Source: a virus (taxonomy: Duplodnaviria > Caudoviricetes). Taken from it: a stretch of DNA of 58,248 nt. The notes under the pieces are model-generated. The model had not been told where the DNA came from. It worked only from the letters and a program-made list of their open reading frames with translations, and searched no databases. Of the stretch, positions 20,998 to 30,536 are shown piece after piece; the first letter of the stretch is position 1; every line of letters starts with the position of its first letter. The DNA is taken from positions 1-58,248 of IMG/VR virus record IMGVR_UViG_3300021197_000769; one strand, 5' to 3'. The position numbers and the translations under genes were made by a program.

Positions 20998-22191
20998 TTA
21001 ATTTTTAAATTGTGATTTTTTAATTTTTAATCTTGAAGAATCTGCTCCGGTTACGGACTTAATCCTAATGCCATTTACAAATACAGCATCACCAGCTGTT
21101 TGTCTTGGAGTGTCTGATACGTTCTTAGAACTATCTACAACCTCCTTAACAGCGTCTGCTTTGCCTTGTTCATAAAAGTGATTAGCAATCTGATCCATAT
21201 TTTGAGCAGCATACATTGCCTTGTGATAACCTTCGTGATTGACTATCTCGCCTTGCCCGTCGACAAACTTTTTTACAAAATTATCAATACTAGATTGTTG
21301 CTCAGCAACTTTACTTGGGTTATTAATGCCATATCTAAATTTCTTTCCTCCGACTTCGTATTCAAAACCTTTGAAATTGTCGTTTAAAAGATTAGATGTA
21401 GCTTTCTTAAACCTTTCGTGCCTCTGCTCGGTTAAGCTTGCTTCTTCGTTGTATCGGTTGAAGAACTCCATTGCTTTTTGCTGCTCTTGGGTTACGCCTG
21501 GTCTTAACTTAATCTCATCGTAATATTTACCCTTCAAGTTTTCTAAAAAGCTTTTGGCTTCTGCAACTTCTTCTTTATACGCTAATTTTCTTTTACGTAT
21601 ATCTCTTTCTTCATCAATGTCTTCGTCATACGAAAAATTGTCTTCCAAAAGGAATTTTATTTCTTCATCGTTTAGATGAGGTTTACTTTTTTTATAGTAC
21701 TCTTTTAAAAGTACATCATTATCCACGTTTGAGTAATCTGCATTAAGTCTAACATAGTCTTCAACAGTTCCCCCCGTTTCTTCCATAAAAGCAACAAGCT
21801 TTTCAACATTTTCAGGCAACGGCTTACCCGTTATTTTTTCATCCCTGATTGCTTCTTTAGCTTCCTTTACAACTTCTTTTACTTCTTTAGCTTCCTCTTC
21901 AGTTATTTCTTGGATGCCAGCAAACCCTTCATCTTGAACGGCGCTTTCCCCTGATGGTACTTCTGTATCCACTTCTTGTACAGTTTCGGCTGGTTTATCT
22001 GCAACCACTGTTGTTGTTTCTTGCTCTTTATCGGCATTGTCTTTTGTTAAATCAACTTTAATAGGCTCTTCCTCTACCTTATCTTTAGCAGATAAATCCA
22101 CTTTAATAGTTTCGGCTTGCTTATTAAACTTTTTCATTTTAGGCTTACTTTTTATTTTAAAGTCGCCTTCTTGTTTTACTTCTTCTGACAT
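20998..22191 (-). CDS. Capsid scaffolding protein (putative)
   Basis: 397 aa, very acidic N-terminal half, helical, between portal and MCP. Confidence 0.7.
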   Translation of the reverse strand: MSEEVKQEGDFKIKSKPKMKKFNKQAETIKVDLSAKDKVEEEPIKVDLTKDNADKEQETTTVVADKPAETVQEVDTEVPSGESAVQDEGFAGIQEITEEEAKEVKEVVKEAKEAIRDEKITGKPLPENVEKLVAFMEETGGTVEDYVRLNADYSNVDNDVLLKEYYKKSKPHLNDEEIKFLLEDNFSYDEDIDEERDIRKRKLAYKEEVAEAKSFLENLKGKYYDEIKLRPGVTQEQQKAMEFFNRYNEEASLTEQRHERFKKATSNLLNDNFKGFEYEVGGKKFRYGINNPSKVAEQQSSIDNFVKKFVDGQGEIVNHEGYHKAMYAAQNMDQIANHFYEQGKADAVKEVVDSSKNVSDTPRQTAGDAVFVNGIRIKSVTGADSSRLKIKKSQFKN

Positions 22192-22219
22192 AATATAATA
22201 TAATATAAATTAAAAAATT

Positions 22220-24625
22220 CTATCTAGGCCCGAACTTCTCTAGCCCAAAGCCCCCTAATACATCATTACCTGAACTTTCAAAGTTTTTCGGTAATAGGTT
22301 ATTTTTTCTTTGGTCAATCATTTCAGACTGCTGTGTACCTGTTATTTTTACACGCTTATCTTTCCTGTCCTCTATTTCTTTTTCTCTTTCAGATTCAGAC
22401 TTGATTCGCGCTTGGGCTAATTGCATGTTAAAGTTAAACTCTTCAGCCATAAGCTCTCGCTTAATTTGTGCCTCTGTTTGCATTCTTTGTATTTCAAACT
22501 GAGATTTAGCTTGCTCAAGATTTACTTTTTCTGCTGTCAATGCTTGCTGCTTTTGAACTTCTGCCATTGCGGTCTGTTCTGCTAGCTGTGCATTAGCTTG
22601 TGCTTGTGCCTGTATATTAGCTTGTTGCGCTTGTTGTGCAGCGGCTGCTTTTTCTTTTCTTCTAGTCTTTAATATCTCATTTGCTAACTGAAGATTTTTT
22701 ACTTGCCTAATGTCTATTGCATCCTCTAAATCAATACCACCTGATTGCAAAGCAACTTGAATATTTTGTTCTAGCTGTGCCTTTTCTTCTTCATCTGGTT
22801 CTAACTCTAAGAATATACCAAAGTCATGTAGGTTAAGTTCCTTTATGCTATCTAACGTAGCAACATTAAAATGCGTTATACTGTTCTTTAATGAGTTCGC
22901 AGTTAAAGCATATTCTAATGAATCAGCTATTCTTCTCGAGACGTTTTCGCACGTTCTAAGAGCTAAATAACAACTTGCTTGCAATATATGTCTTGTTGCT
23001 ACATTGGATTGGTTAGCGGCCATCTTTTGCAGCCCTACGAGTGCATCTTTAGCTGGAGCAGAACCGTCTCTTGCTTCATTCAGCCCAGTCACATCCCGTA
23101 TCATTTGCAAATAGTATTGATATGTTTGGATTAGTGATTGTATTTTTGCCCCTCCACTCGATGTCTGTAGCTCTTGAATCGGCACCTTGCCTCTATTCAA
23201 TTCACCATCTTGCGTCATAGACCTACCTAAAACACTACCCGTTTGGAAATACATATTAAGTGCTTCGGCAGGATTGTAGTTTGTTCCGTTACCTAAATCA
23301 ACTTCTGCTAAGCCGTCAACATCTAAGAATACTCCGTCAGGAACCATTCTAGACATTACTTGCTGTAACTTAAGGTGAGTTAACTGAATCATATCCGCAA
23401 ACCCAGTAATTCTATTTACTAATGAATCAATTCTTCCATTATAAATTCTAGGGGCACATATAACATAATTCATATCTACCTTAGTAGTATCTGCAAATGG
23501 TCTTGTCATATTTTCCGCAAGCTTCCATTCTAGCATTTGGTTATTGCCTAATACTTTTGCTCCACTATATAATACCTCTATGCTTCTTGATACTCTTTTA
23601 AACGTATCATTTTCTGGCGGATTAAAGCTATCTGTCTTTTGTATTGCTTTTTCTAATCCATTTGCGCCTTGCTTTATTTTAAATACTTGATTGTTGTATG
23701 TCTTGTATTCAAAATATAATATTTGTACTGTATTCTCGTCATACCCTTGCCAGCCTGTAATGTAGTTTCTATTGCCTGGCATTTCCTCAATACGCTTAAG
23801 CTCATCTTCCGGTATATTTGGAAATTGCTTTTTTAACTCAGGTATTGATACTGATCTCACTTCCCCTACATAATATATGTCTTCAAAGTTTGGATCATCT
23901 GTATAAGAATAAACCATATTAGCTGGATCACAATACTCTGTAACAACACCATTTGCTTTGTTCCAAGTTGTTTTTACTGCCCCTATGCCTAATACGGTTA
24001 AATCGTAATTGTATCTTTTCCTAACCTCATTAAACTTGTTTTTAGCAAGTACTTGGTTTATAACTTCTTCTTCCGCTATTTCTATTGATTGCTTATAGTC
24101 AAGCTGCATATGAGTAGCTAACTCTTCCGGCGTATCAGGAAGCTTATCAGGATTGTCTGTATTAAATGCGTCAATTCCTGTTTCTTCTTTAAGCTTAAGA
24201 AGCTGCTCTTTCATTATGATGTCTTGCAACATCTTTTGAGCATAGTCAGTTCTTTTCTTTGTAGAGCCAGGGTCTTGTGCATAAGCTTTTATCTCGTACT
24301 CTTTTTCTGTAATACCATTAGACACTATATCTACAAACTTTGAAATTACAGGAACTGGCTTCCAATCAAGGTTTAAGTAAGATAGATCGCCATTTATTGC
24401 TAGCTCATCTTTATATTTTTGCACGGGCTGTTCGCCTCTTGCATATAATCTAAGTGTATGGAAATGATTGTAATTTGTAGCAAATCTATTGCCAACTCCT
24501 CCTTGCTGGAACCATTCTGCTTCAATTGCTCTACCAACCTGAACGCCATATTCATAGCTTGATTTTTCCTCATCACTAACAACTTGGCTAGGGAATACAC
24601 TGTTTGGATTTGCGCCTACGTTCAT
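22220..24625 (-). CDS. Portal protein
   Basis: 801 aa directly after the terminase; IRDVTGLNEARDG motif; long Gln/Ala-rich C-terminal coiled coil (P22/crAss-like barrel). Confidence 0.85.
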   Translation of the reverse strand: MNVGANPNSVFPSQVVSDEEKSSYEYGVQVGRAIEAEWFQQGGVGNRFATNYNHFHTLRLYARGEQPVQKYKDELAINGDLSYLNLDWKPVPVISKFVDIVSNGITEKEYEIKAYAQDPGSTKKRTDYAQKMLQDIIMKEQLLKLKEETGIDAFNTDNPDKLPDTPEELATHMQLDYKQSIEIAEEEVINQVLAKNKFNEVRKRYNYDLTVLGIGAVKTTWNKANGVVTEYCDPANMVYSYTDDPNFEDIYYVGEVRSVSIPELKKQFPNIPEDELKRIEEMPGNRNYITGWQGYDENTVQILYFEYKTYNNQVFKIKQGANGLEKAIQKTDSFNPPENDTFKRVSRSIEVLYSGAKVLGNNQMLEWKLAENMTRPFADTTKVDMNYVICAPRIYNGRIDSLVNRITGFADMIQLTHLKLQQVMSRMVPDGVFLDVDGLAEVDLGNGTNYNPAEALNMYFQTGSVLGRSMTQDGELNRGKVPIQELQTSSGGAKIQSLIQTYQYYLQMIRDVTGLNEARDGSAPAKDALVGLQKMAANQSNVATRHILQASCYLALRTCENVSRRIADSLEYALTANSLKNSITHFNVATLDSIKELNLHDFGIFLELEPDEEEKAQLEQNIQVALQSGGIDLEDAIDIRQVKNLQLANEILKTRRKEKAAAAQQAQQANIQAQAQANAQLAEQTAMAEVQKQQALTAEKVNLEQAKSQFEIQRMQTEAQIKRELMAEEFNFNMQLAQARIKSESEREKEIEDRKDKRVKITGTQQSEMIDQRKNNLLPKNFESSGNDVLGGFGLEKFGPR

Positions 24626-26839
24626 TTAATTTATTATTTTTGAATAACTTCCAGAATTGTCATATCTTTTCATTCCTAGATTTATATTTTTTCTTACTAC
24701 TTTATTTATTGGCGCATAACGGTTTCTGTTACAAGCCATAATGGCCAAGCCAGAGCTAATAGAAGCATCATGCTTTGTTCTATTATTTATATTAAATCTT
24801 GCCCAGTCTTCTAACGTTCTTTGAAAGTAAACGTCCCCCATTTCATCATCACCTAAAATTCCAACAAGTTCCTCTATATATGTTTCTATTGCAGCAGCAT
24901 GAGCCTGAATAATATCTTGACTTGAGTTAGGTATACCACCTATTTCTCTTTCTGTAACTGATAACTTATTATACGCTTTATCTGGTCTATTCATTGAATA
25001 CCCTCTATAGCCTCTATTTTTAAAATGGTATAATAGTCTAGGCTTATTGTTCTCTGCTAATATTGGCATACCATAAAATACGCAAGCCATTAATACATCC
25101 TCAAAAAACATTTCTGCCGTTTGAGGCCTAGCAATATATTCTAAAAAGAAATGATTAGCAGGAGCTTCTTCCATACTAAACTTTGTTAGCCCATGCAAAG
25201 CGCCATTAGAGCCCCTACTATCCACTGTTCCTGATATATCGTAACTATCACACCCAAACGCTCCTAAGTGTTCATTACCCGGATAATTTGTTCCGTGCTT
25301 AGATATAATCCTATTTTGTAAACTAATAGGAGGTATCCATGAAACATGAAACCTTCCGTCTTTATTTGGCATAAACATCACTTTAGTGTCTTTAATACCA
25401 TTTTCCCATTGAAAGTTTCCCCTTGTAACTAATGTACTTGCAGCCATAGATTCATTGTGGTCTATTTGCTGGTATATTTTTGTTAGATTAAACAGAGACT
25501 CCTTCGCTTCATCTCTAAAAGCGTGCTGTTCTGTTCTTGGAAACTGTCTATAAAATTCATTCAACCCATCTTGGTCGTCTTTTAAACCTGCAACTTCATT
25601 GTCCCAAAACTCAATAACGCCCTGTTTAATAGGCATACCATAAGGGTCCTCTACTTTGCCTTCTGGTTTATCGAATACAGGTAGCCCATAAGAATCGATG
25701 TATCCTTCGTAATTCCATTCCATAGGTATGAACAAAGAATATAGTCCTGAGCTAGTCTGTCCATTGCTGTTCCTTCTTGTAACGTCTGACGCATAATATA
25801 ATTTTTTAAAATTATCTCCTCCCTTGTCTAAAGCATTTGATGTTGAACCCATCATGCACTTCCCTATTATCCTGCTACCTAATCTAAGACAAGTCTTTGT
25901 AACTCTCCAGTTATTTAGTATATTATTAGGTTTCTCCCATTTGCCGGATTCATCGTGTACAAGTAGTTTTAATTTTTCTCCATCATAGGAGTTATCACCT
26001 GTATTTTTCCAGTCAATCGTAGTATCCAGTCCTTTGAGATCTTCCGGGTTCTCATTAGCATCAAGTTTCCTCCTTGTAAGCTTTGAGGCCGGTATCCTAT
26101 ATGCAAGCTCTGTCTTTGGTCTGTCCATACCATCTTGTATGGGCTTAAAGAAGAACGGGTAGTTAACCGAGATTGGTACAACCTTGTCGGTAAACATCTT
26201 TTTTGCATCAGGCCCCGACTTCGAAAGTATTCCGTATCTGGAATCAACTGATATTGTAGCAAGGTTGACTGTCTCTCCTGACGACATAAAGGAGAATCCA
26301 CTCCGTCTATTTTTAAGATAACACATTCCAAAGGATCTATAATCCGCTTTGCAGGCTTCCCAGAATATATAGAATAATCTGTTTGATTCCCTAAAGTCTG
26401 GTGGTCCAACATCAATCTTTGACCATTGCAGGTACATATAATGAGTCCCAGTAATGTAAGTAGGATTACCCTTATTATTAAACCAAAATCCCTGCTCTCT
26501 TCTTTCAAATTCTTTTTCAATGTAATCGTACCATTTTTCTTTAAATTCTTCAGGATACTCCTTCCAATCAAAAATTGTTTTTATTCTACTTAATTCTTTT
26601 GGGTACTCTGTATGGGACCACTTTTTGTCTTTAAAGTTATGAGTTTCAAACTCAGCAGGTAAGGCTATTTTAAGATTTTGTATTTCATAAATCTCTCCTA
26701 TCTTACCAGTTTTACTTATAATGACCATGTCATGATCCTCATCATAACCATACTTCCAGGTCTTGTGCCTGTTTTTCTTTTTTATGGTGGATGCCTTTAT
26801 GTAGTTGTCTAGAACTTTATATAGTGTCTGCTCGTACAT
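24626..26839 (-). CDS. terL: Terminase large subunit
   Basis: Walker A-like KNRRSGFS, Walker B LLVHDESGKW, coupling motif GSTSN, RNase H-like GCDSYD and HDASISSG. Start placed at ATG 26839 (MYEQ), just after the upstream stop; the ORF track extends to 26884. Confidence 0.9.
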   Translation of the reverse strand: MYEQTLYKVLDNYIKASTIKKKNRHKTWKYGYDEDHDMVIISKTGKIGEIYEIQNLKIALPAEFETHNFKDKKWSHTEYPKELSRIKTIFDWKEYPEEFKEKWYDYIEKEFERREQGFWFNNKGNPTYITGTHYMYLQWSKIDVGPPDFRESNRLFYIFWEACKADYRSFGMCYLKNRRSGFSFMSSGETVNLATISVDSRYGILSKSGPDAKKMFTDKVVPISVNYPFFFKPIQDGMDRPKTELAYRIPASKLTRRKLDANENPEDLKGLDTTIDWKNTGDNSYDGEKLKLLVHDESGKWEKPNNILNNWRVTKTCLRLGSRIIGKCMMGSTSNALDKGGDNFKKLYYASDVTRRNSNGQTSSGLYSLFIPMEWNYEGYIDSYGLPVFDKPEGKVEDPYGMPIKQGVIEFWDNEVAGLKDDQDGLNEFYRQFPRTEQHAFRDEAKESLFNLTKIYQQIDHNESMAASTLVTRGNFQWENGIKDTKVMFMPNKDGRFHVSWIPPISLQNRIISKHGTNYPGNEHLGAFGCDSYDISGTVDSRGSNGALHGLTKFSMEEAPANHFFLEYIARPQTAEMFFEDVLMACVFYGMPILAENNKPRLLYHFKNRGYRGYSMNRPDKAYNKLSVTEREIGGIPNSSQDIIQAHAAAIETYIEELVGILGDDEMGDVYFQRTLEDWARFNINNRTKHDASISSGLAIMACNRNRYAPINKVVRKNINLGMKRYDNSGSYSKIIN

Positions 26840-26840
26840 A

Positions 26841-27125
26841 TTAACTGAATTTGGCTCTACCTTCTGCAAACCCTTTAAACTCACTTTTCTTTTTAGTGCT
26901 GTCTTTGGGTTTATCTTCTAACATTTCTTTTTCTTGCTCAATTCTATTTAGAATTTCAAAAGCATCAAAAATCGCTAGCTTCTTAGTTGCTGCGGCATTC
27001 TTTAACTTATCCGCGGCTAAGTCGTCGTCTGAATCAACAATAGCTTCTTTAGCTACTTTTATTAATTCTTCAACCGCTCTTTGTCCAGCTTGGATTATAC
27101 TCTTCTTCGTTTCCTTTACGTTCAT
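26841..27125 (-). CDS. Putative terminase small subunit
   Basis: 94-aa helical protein immediately upstream of terL; DKLKNAAATKKLAIFDAFEIL motif. Function is positional. Confidence 0.55.
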   Translation of the reverse strand: MNVKETKKSIIQAGQRAVEELIKVAKEAIVDSDDDLAADKLKNAAATKKLAIFDAFEILNRIEQEKEMLEDKPKDSTKKKSEFKGFAEGRAKFS

Positions 27126-27666
27126 GCTTCGCAACGATATTAATTAATTTCATACAATATAATAGTTCGCCATCAATGATAAACTCAAACTCTGACGCTG
27201 GTCTAAAGGAAACTAAATCCTCTTCATTTATTCCAAGGCCAACCAAACCTTTGTTGCCAAACTTTAATATTCCTATAAGTGGCTTTTCCGAATCTAAAGA
27301 AAATATATCGTGATTTACTAAAGGCTTTACAAAACAATAATCAAGATGAGTCTTGTTTGCTCCATACATATATATTTGATCAGGTGAACAAACATACATA
27401 TCTTCTTTAATAAAACTTCTACTGTTTTTCTCGTTGCCTCTAATATCATAGAACCTTCTAAATACATTGTGATGCACTATAACCTTATCCCCAACTTTTA
27501 TGTCAGTTTTTATAGCTAACGGTAAAGCAACAACTTCTGCTACTTTACTTACACTTTTAAATTCTTCAATTCTTGTATTGACTATTAGGTCAACCTCATC
27601 AATCTTTACAGTATTATTGTATCGACCCTCTATGGGTTTTACGATAAAATCGTGAATACTTTTCAT
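27070..27666 (-). CDS. GroES-like protein with two tandem GroES folds
   Basis: Two units, each with F.VKP, an (AEVVA/GILKF) strand and (IKVGDKVIV / INEEDLVSF); second unit ends EFIIDGELLYCMKLINIVA like cpn10. Confidence 0.6.
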   Translation of the reverse strand: MKSIHDFIVKPIEGRYNNTVKIDEVDLIVNTRIEEFKSVSKVAEVVALPLAIKTDIKVGDKVIVHHNVFRRFYDIRGNEKNSRSFIKEDMYVCSPDQIYMYGANKTHLDYCFVKPLVNHDIFSLDSEKPLIGILKFGNKGLVGLGINEEDLVSFRPASEFEFIIDGELLYCMKLINIVAKHERKGNEEEYNPSWTKSG

Positions 27667-27893
27667 TAATACTGTAAATCGTACTCAACTGAAATAGCCA
27701 TATTGCTATTAAACTTTTTCCAACGTAGTACTTCGTCACCTTTACTTATGTAGATGTTGTAAGAACTATCTTTCTCGTCAAGGAGAATGTCAGATATTTC
27801 GTGACCGCCATACACTTGCTGTCCTATAGAATAGTGCATTGCGTCATTTTTGTAATCAGATCCTATACTGATTTTTCTTACAACACCACTCAT
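27666..27893 (-). CDS. Hypothetical protein
   Basis: 75 aa, start/stop overlaps with both neighbours; RKISIG.DYKNDAMHY motif. Confidence 0.7.
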   Translation of the reverse strand: MSGVVRKISIGSDYKNDAMHYSIGQQVYGGHEISDILLDEKDSSYNIYISKGDEVLRWKKFNSNMAISVEYDLQY

Positions 27894-28129
27894 TACTTAG
27901 ATTCTTCTTCCTCAACAGCAGTATAAGTACCATCATCAAGGTTAATGTTTACACGACCATACTTTTCTTCTAAGCTGGTTTTTGTTTCTTCGACTTCTTG
28001 ATTTACATCAAGCATTACACCCATAACCTCGTGCTTCCTAAGTTCTAGTGTCCCAATGTCTTGTTTAATTTGAGCAATTTTTGTTTGTTGCTCTCTGATG
28101 AGCTCTAGCTCTTCATCTGTTATTCTCAT
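27893..28129 (-). CDS. Small coiled-coil protein
   Basis: 78 aa heptad-rich, ends LEEKYG.VNINL.DGTY; AT-rich leader. Confidence 0.7.
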   Translation of the reverse strand: MRITDEELELIREQQTKIAQIKQDIGTLELRKHEVMGVMLDVNQEVEETKTSLEEKYGRVNINLDDGTYTAVEEEESK

Positions 28130-28179
28130 TATATTAAATTTAATTTGATTACTTACTTCTTATTATCACTCGCTTTTTA

Positions 28180-28623
28180 CTATTTTTCTGCACTGCTGCC
28201 ATAGTAGTATGCGAAGATGTTACTAATAACAACTCCTTCAACCATACCCATTAGATGTACAAAGAGCTCATTGTGTAAAACACCCTCCTCGTAAACTACT
28301 GCATATATAATAAACATAAACGACAACAACCCAACAATACCTGTTAGCATCATCATTATATCCTTGTTGCCTGTTTTCTTTACCTCAACCTCTCTACTTC
28401 TTGCTGAGTCCCTGTCTTTAACCTCTAGCTCGTACATCTCTTTTGTCTTTGCTAACGCTACTTTTTTGTCCTCAGGCTTAATTTTTTCGTCTTTTTCAAT
28501 GAGGTTCTTTACCATCCCTAATACGCCTGCATCTGGCAATAAGTCCCCAGCTATATCTAATATGTGCGGGGCCGTATTACCTAAAAATGCGCCTAGCTTT
28601 GTATCCTTAAATTTTTTAGACAT
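28180..28623 (-). CDS. Holin-like membrane protein
   Basis: 147 aa; DRDSAR..E followed by two hydrophobic helices and C-terminal YYYGSS, resembling 3TM/GTA-type holins; near the endolysin. Confidence 0.6.
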   Translation of the reverse strand: MSKKFKDTKLGAFLGNTAPHILDIAGDLLPDAGVLGMVKNLIEKDEKIKPEDKKVALAKTKEMYELEVKDRDSARSREVEVKKTGNKDIMMMLTGIVGLLSFMFIIYAVVYEEGVLHNELFVHLMGMVEGVVISNIFAYYYGSSAEK

Positions 28624-28966
28624 TATATTTTGTATCTTTATATTTAGTTTTAGATTTTTTATAAGCCTCTTTTTCCCAAGGCGAATTAGCGGGACTAGCC
28701 ATAGCTATTTTAGGATTATTTTTTGAATACTTTTTACCCTTCCAATAGATATTATTGTCGTCGTAATCTAGGTCGCCTCGTGACATTTGATTAATATGAA
28801 CGGCTTCGTGCCTAATAACTTCCTTATGAAATTTAGGATCTAGCTTCTCATTTATTACAATAGTGCCGTTGTTATTGCTTTGACCAAGAACGCCCTCCCC
28901 CAAGTCTGCTTGATAGACTGGAGTAGGTTCATTCTTATATGGTGGGTTAGATAACTTAAAAGCCAT
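28616..28966 (-). CDS. Small zincin-like metallopeptidase
   Basis: 116 aa; G.IVIN strand, RHEAVH (HExxH) and distal PWEKEAY. Confidence 0.65.
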   Translation of the reverse strand: MAFKLSNPPYKNEPTPVYQADLGEGVLGQSNNNGTIVINEKLDPKFHKEVIRHEAVHINQMSRGDLDYDDNNIYWKGKKYSKNNPKIAMASPANSPWEKEAYKKSKTKYKDTKYNV

Positions 28967-29178
28967 TACTTGCCGTAAGTATTCTTACTCATCATTGAAA
29001 CACCTCTGCCACCCATATGTTTACCTATTTGGCAACCACACTTCATCATTAAACCACTTTCTTTCATCATAGGTTTTTTATCACCCATCATCATAGGTTT
29101 TTTATCGCCCATCATCATAGGTTTCTTATAAGAACCCATAGAGGTTCCTGCCATATTAATCATGTTTCCCTTTTCCAT
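28966..29178 (-). CDS. Small Met/Lys-rich repeat protein
   Basis: 70 aa with KKPMMMGD repeats; translationally coupled to the next gene. Confidence 0.6.
   Translation of the reverse strand: MEKGNMINMAGTSMGSYKKPMMMGDKKPMMMGDKKPMMKESGLMMKCGCQIGKHMGGRGVSMMSKNTYGK
29065..29124. repeat. 24-bp tandem repeat (about 2.5 copies) in coding sequence
   Basis: CATCATAGGTTTTTTATC(A/G)CCCAT x2 plus partial third copy. Confidence 0.85.
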
Positions 29179-29200
29179 TTTTATATATATTTATTTATTA

Positions 29201-29521
29201 TTAACAGTTCCATCTTCTTCTTGCGGCAAGTCCACGTTCGCTCTTCCAGCTTTTAGATCTAGCACAAAATGCTTTTCTACGCTTTGCTGCTTTTCCCCCT
29301 GGCTTCAGCTTAGAAGGATCCTTAGTTACGGCAGTTTGTAGTTTGCTTCCAGGATTATCTCTTTTATATTTTTCAACACCTTTTTTAGTCATGCCACCTC
29401 CAGCGGCAGCACCTGTTCCAGTTTTGTTTGCTTTGTTATAGTATCCTAAAGATTTCTTTTTTGATGGAGCCGGTGGTTTGCTTTTTGCAAATAACGGACT
29501 TGATGGTTGTGTATATGCCAT
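29201..29521 (-). CDS. Small basic phage protein
   Basis: 106 aa Lys/Arg-rich; GGMT.KG..Y..NPGSKL and RRKAFCARS..W..RRWNC motifs. Confidence 0.75.
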   Translation of the reverse strand: MAYTQPSSPLFAKSKPPAPSKKKSLGYYNKANKTGTGAAAGGGMTKKGVEKYKRDNPGSKLQTAVTKDPSKLKPGGKAAKRRKAFCARSKSWKSERGLAARRRWNC

Positions 29522-29982
29522 TATATTATTTTATATCGTGTTCTGCCGTGCTCCTTATAAGCTGCTAAACATCTGTTCCTATTTTCTTTTGAGGAAACGT
29601 AAGATACGTGTACCCAATCTGGGTTCTCATCGTTACCAAACTCCCATATCATCTGATCAAAGTCTAAATTCTTTTTTATAAACTCATACATTTCAGCATT
29701 AGTTGCATGACCGTATGAATCATCTAAATCCATAGCTTGACCTTTACAGTGCTGTGAGGTTGTACTACCTCCGACAGATTTGTTTAATTCAGGAGAACGA
29801 AAGAAGCTATTAATCCGTATAGGGCCTCCTACGTGCTTTCTAAGGGGTTCAAATATCTTTTCTGATAAAATACCCATACATTCAAGTTGAGTCTCATCAG
29901 GGGCGTTATTTAAGCCCATTCGTGCAGCTGTTGCACTTCTTGTAGCTTCTTTATAAGATATGTGTTTACTTATCTTATCCAT
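29521..29982 (-). CDS. Peptidase M15-family endolysin
   Basis: INSFFRS..LN..VGG...SQH..GQA.D and WVHVSY: Zn ligands H, D, H of peptidase M15. Confidence 0.85.
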   Translation of the reverse strand: MDKISKHISYKEATRSATAARMGLNNAPDETQLECMGILSEKIFEPLRKHVGGPIRINSFFRSPELNKSVGGSTTSQHCKGQAMDLDDSYGHATNAEMYEFIKKNLDFDQMIWEFGNDENPDWVHVSYVSSKENRNRCLAAYKEHGRTRYKII

Positions 29983-29987
29983 AGCTT

Positions 29988-30131
29988 TTATTTTTTCTTT
30001 TTAGCTTTAGCTTTTAGAATTGCTTTCTTTAATGCTGGCGGCAACTTATCTAGCTTTTTATTGGCTACTGCTTTTGTAGCTTTTTTTGCACCTGCTTTTG
30101 CGCCTTTTTTTACTACTTTCTTATATGGCAT
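29988..30131 (-). CDS. Very basic Lys/Ala-rich micro-protein (histone H1-like composition)
   Basis: 47 aa from ATG 30131: MPYKKVVKKGAKAGAKKATK...LPPALKKAILKAKAKKKK. Confidence 0.65.
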   Translation of the reverse strand: MPYKKVVKKGAKAGAKKATKAVANKKLDKLPPALKKAILKAKAKKKK

Positions 30132-30135
30132 AATA

Positions 30136-30306
30136 TTATTTTTTATTGTGTTTTTTATATTTTTTTGCAATTGAAACCCATTTAAAAGCGGTATACCCTA
30201 TGGTTACCAATAATAAAAGTATTTTAAGTATTACTTCTATATCCGACATGGTAACCATCATTACCACCATATTGGCTATATACAATTTTAAATCTCCCAT
30301 TTCCAT
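30136..30306 (-). CDS. Small membrane protein, putative holin (not in ORF track)
   Basis: Hand-translated 56 aa MEMGDLKLYIANMVVMMVTMSDIEVILKILLLLVTIGYTAFKWVSIAKKYKKHNKK; fills the gap exactly, start overlaps the upstream stop; hydrophobic segments plus basic tail. Confidence 0.65.
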   Translation of the reverse strand: MEMGDLKLYIANMVVMMVTMSDIEVILKILLLLVTIGYTAFKWVSIAKKYKKHNKK

Positions 30307-30527
30307 TAGTTCATACCCATTCCATTCTTGCCTTTAGCAATTTTTGAAATTGGACCTGGAATGTATTCTGGCATATTTTTGGCTAATAGCTGGATGCCTT
30401 TGCAACCACTACTAGATCCATAGCCTCGTGGCTGGTTATCCATATTTAATGGGCCATCCCATAATATATTACTGCCTTGCTCGGCACCATACATTCTTTT
30501 TGTTTTTACCATTTTTTTACTTTTCAT
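30306..30527 (-). CDS. Hypothetical protein
   Basis: 73 aa; WDGPL...PRGYGSSSG..G motif; in operon. Confidence 0.65.
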   Translation of the reverse strand: MKSKKMVKTKRMYGAEQGSNILWDGPLNMDNQPRGYGSSSGCKGIQLLAKNMPEYIPGPISKIAKGKNGMGMN

Positions 30528-30536
30528 AGCTTTTAT

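Noticed and set aside
25969-26571. 200-aa alternative-frame ORF inside terL
   Set aside because: Fully nested in the conserved ATPase region, no recognisable motif or leader; probably a chance open frame.
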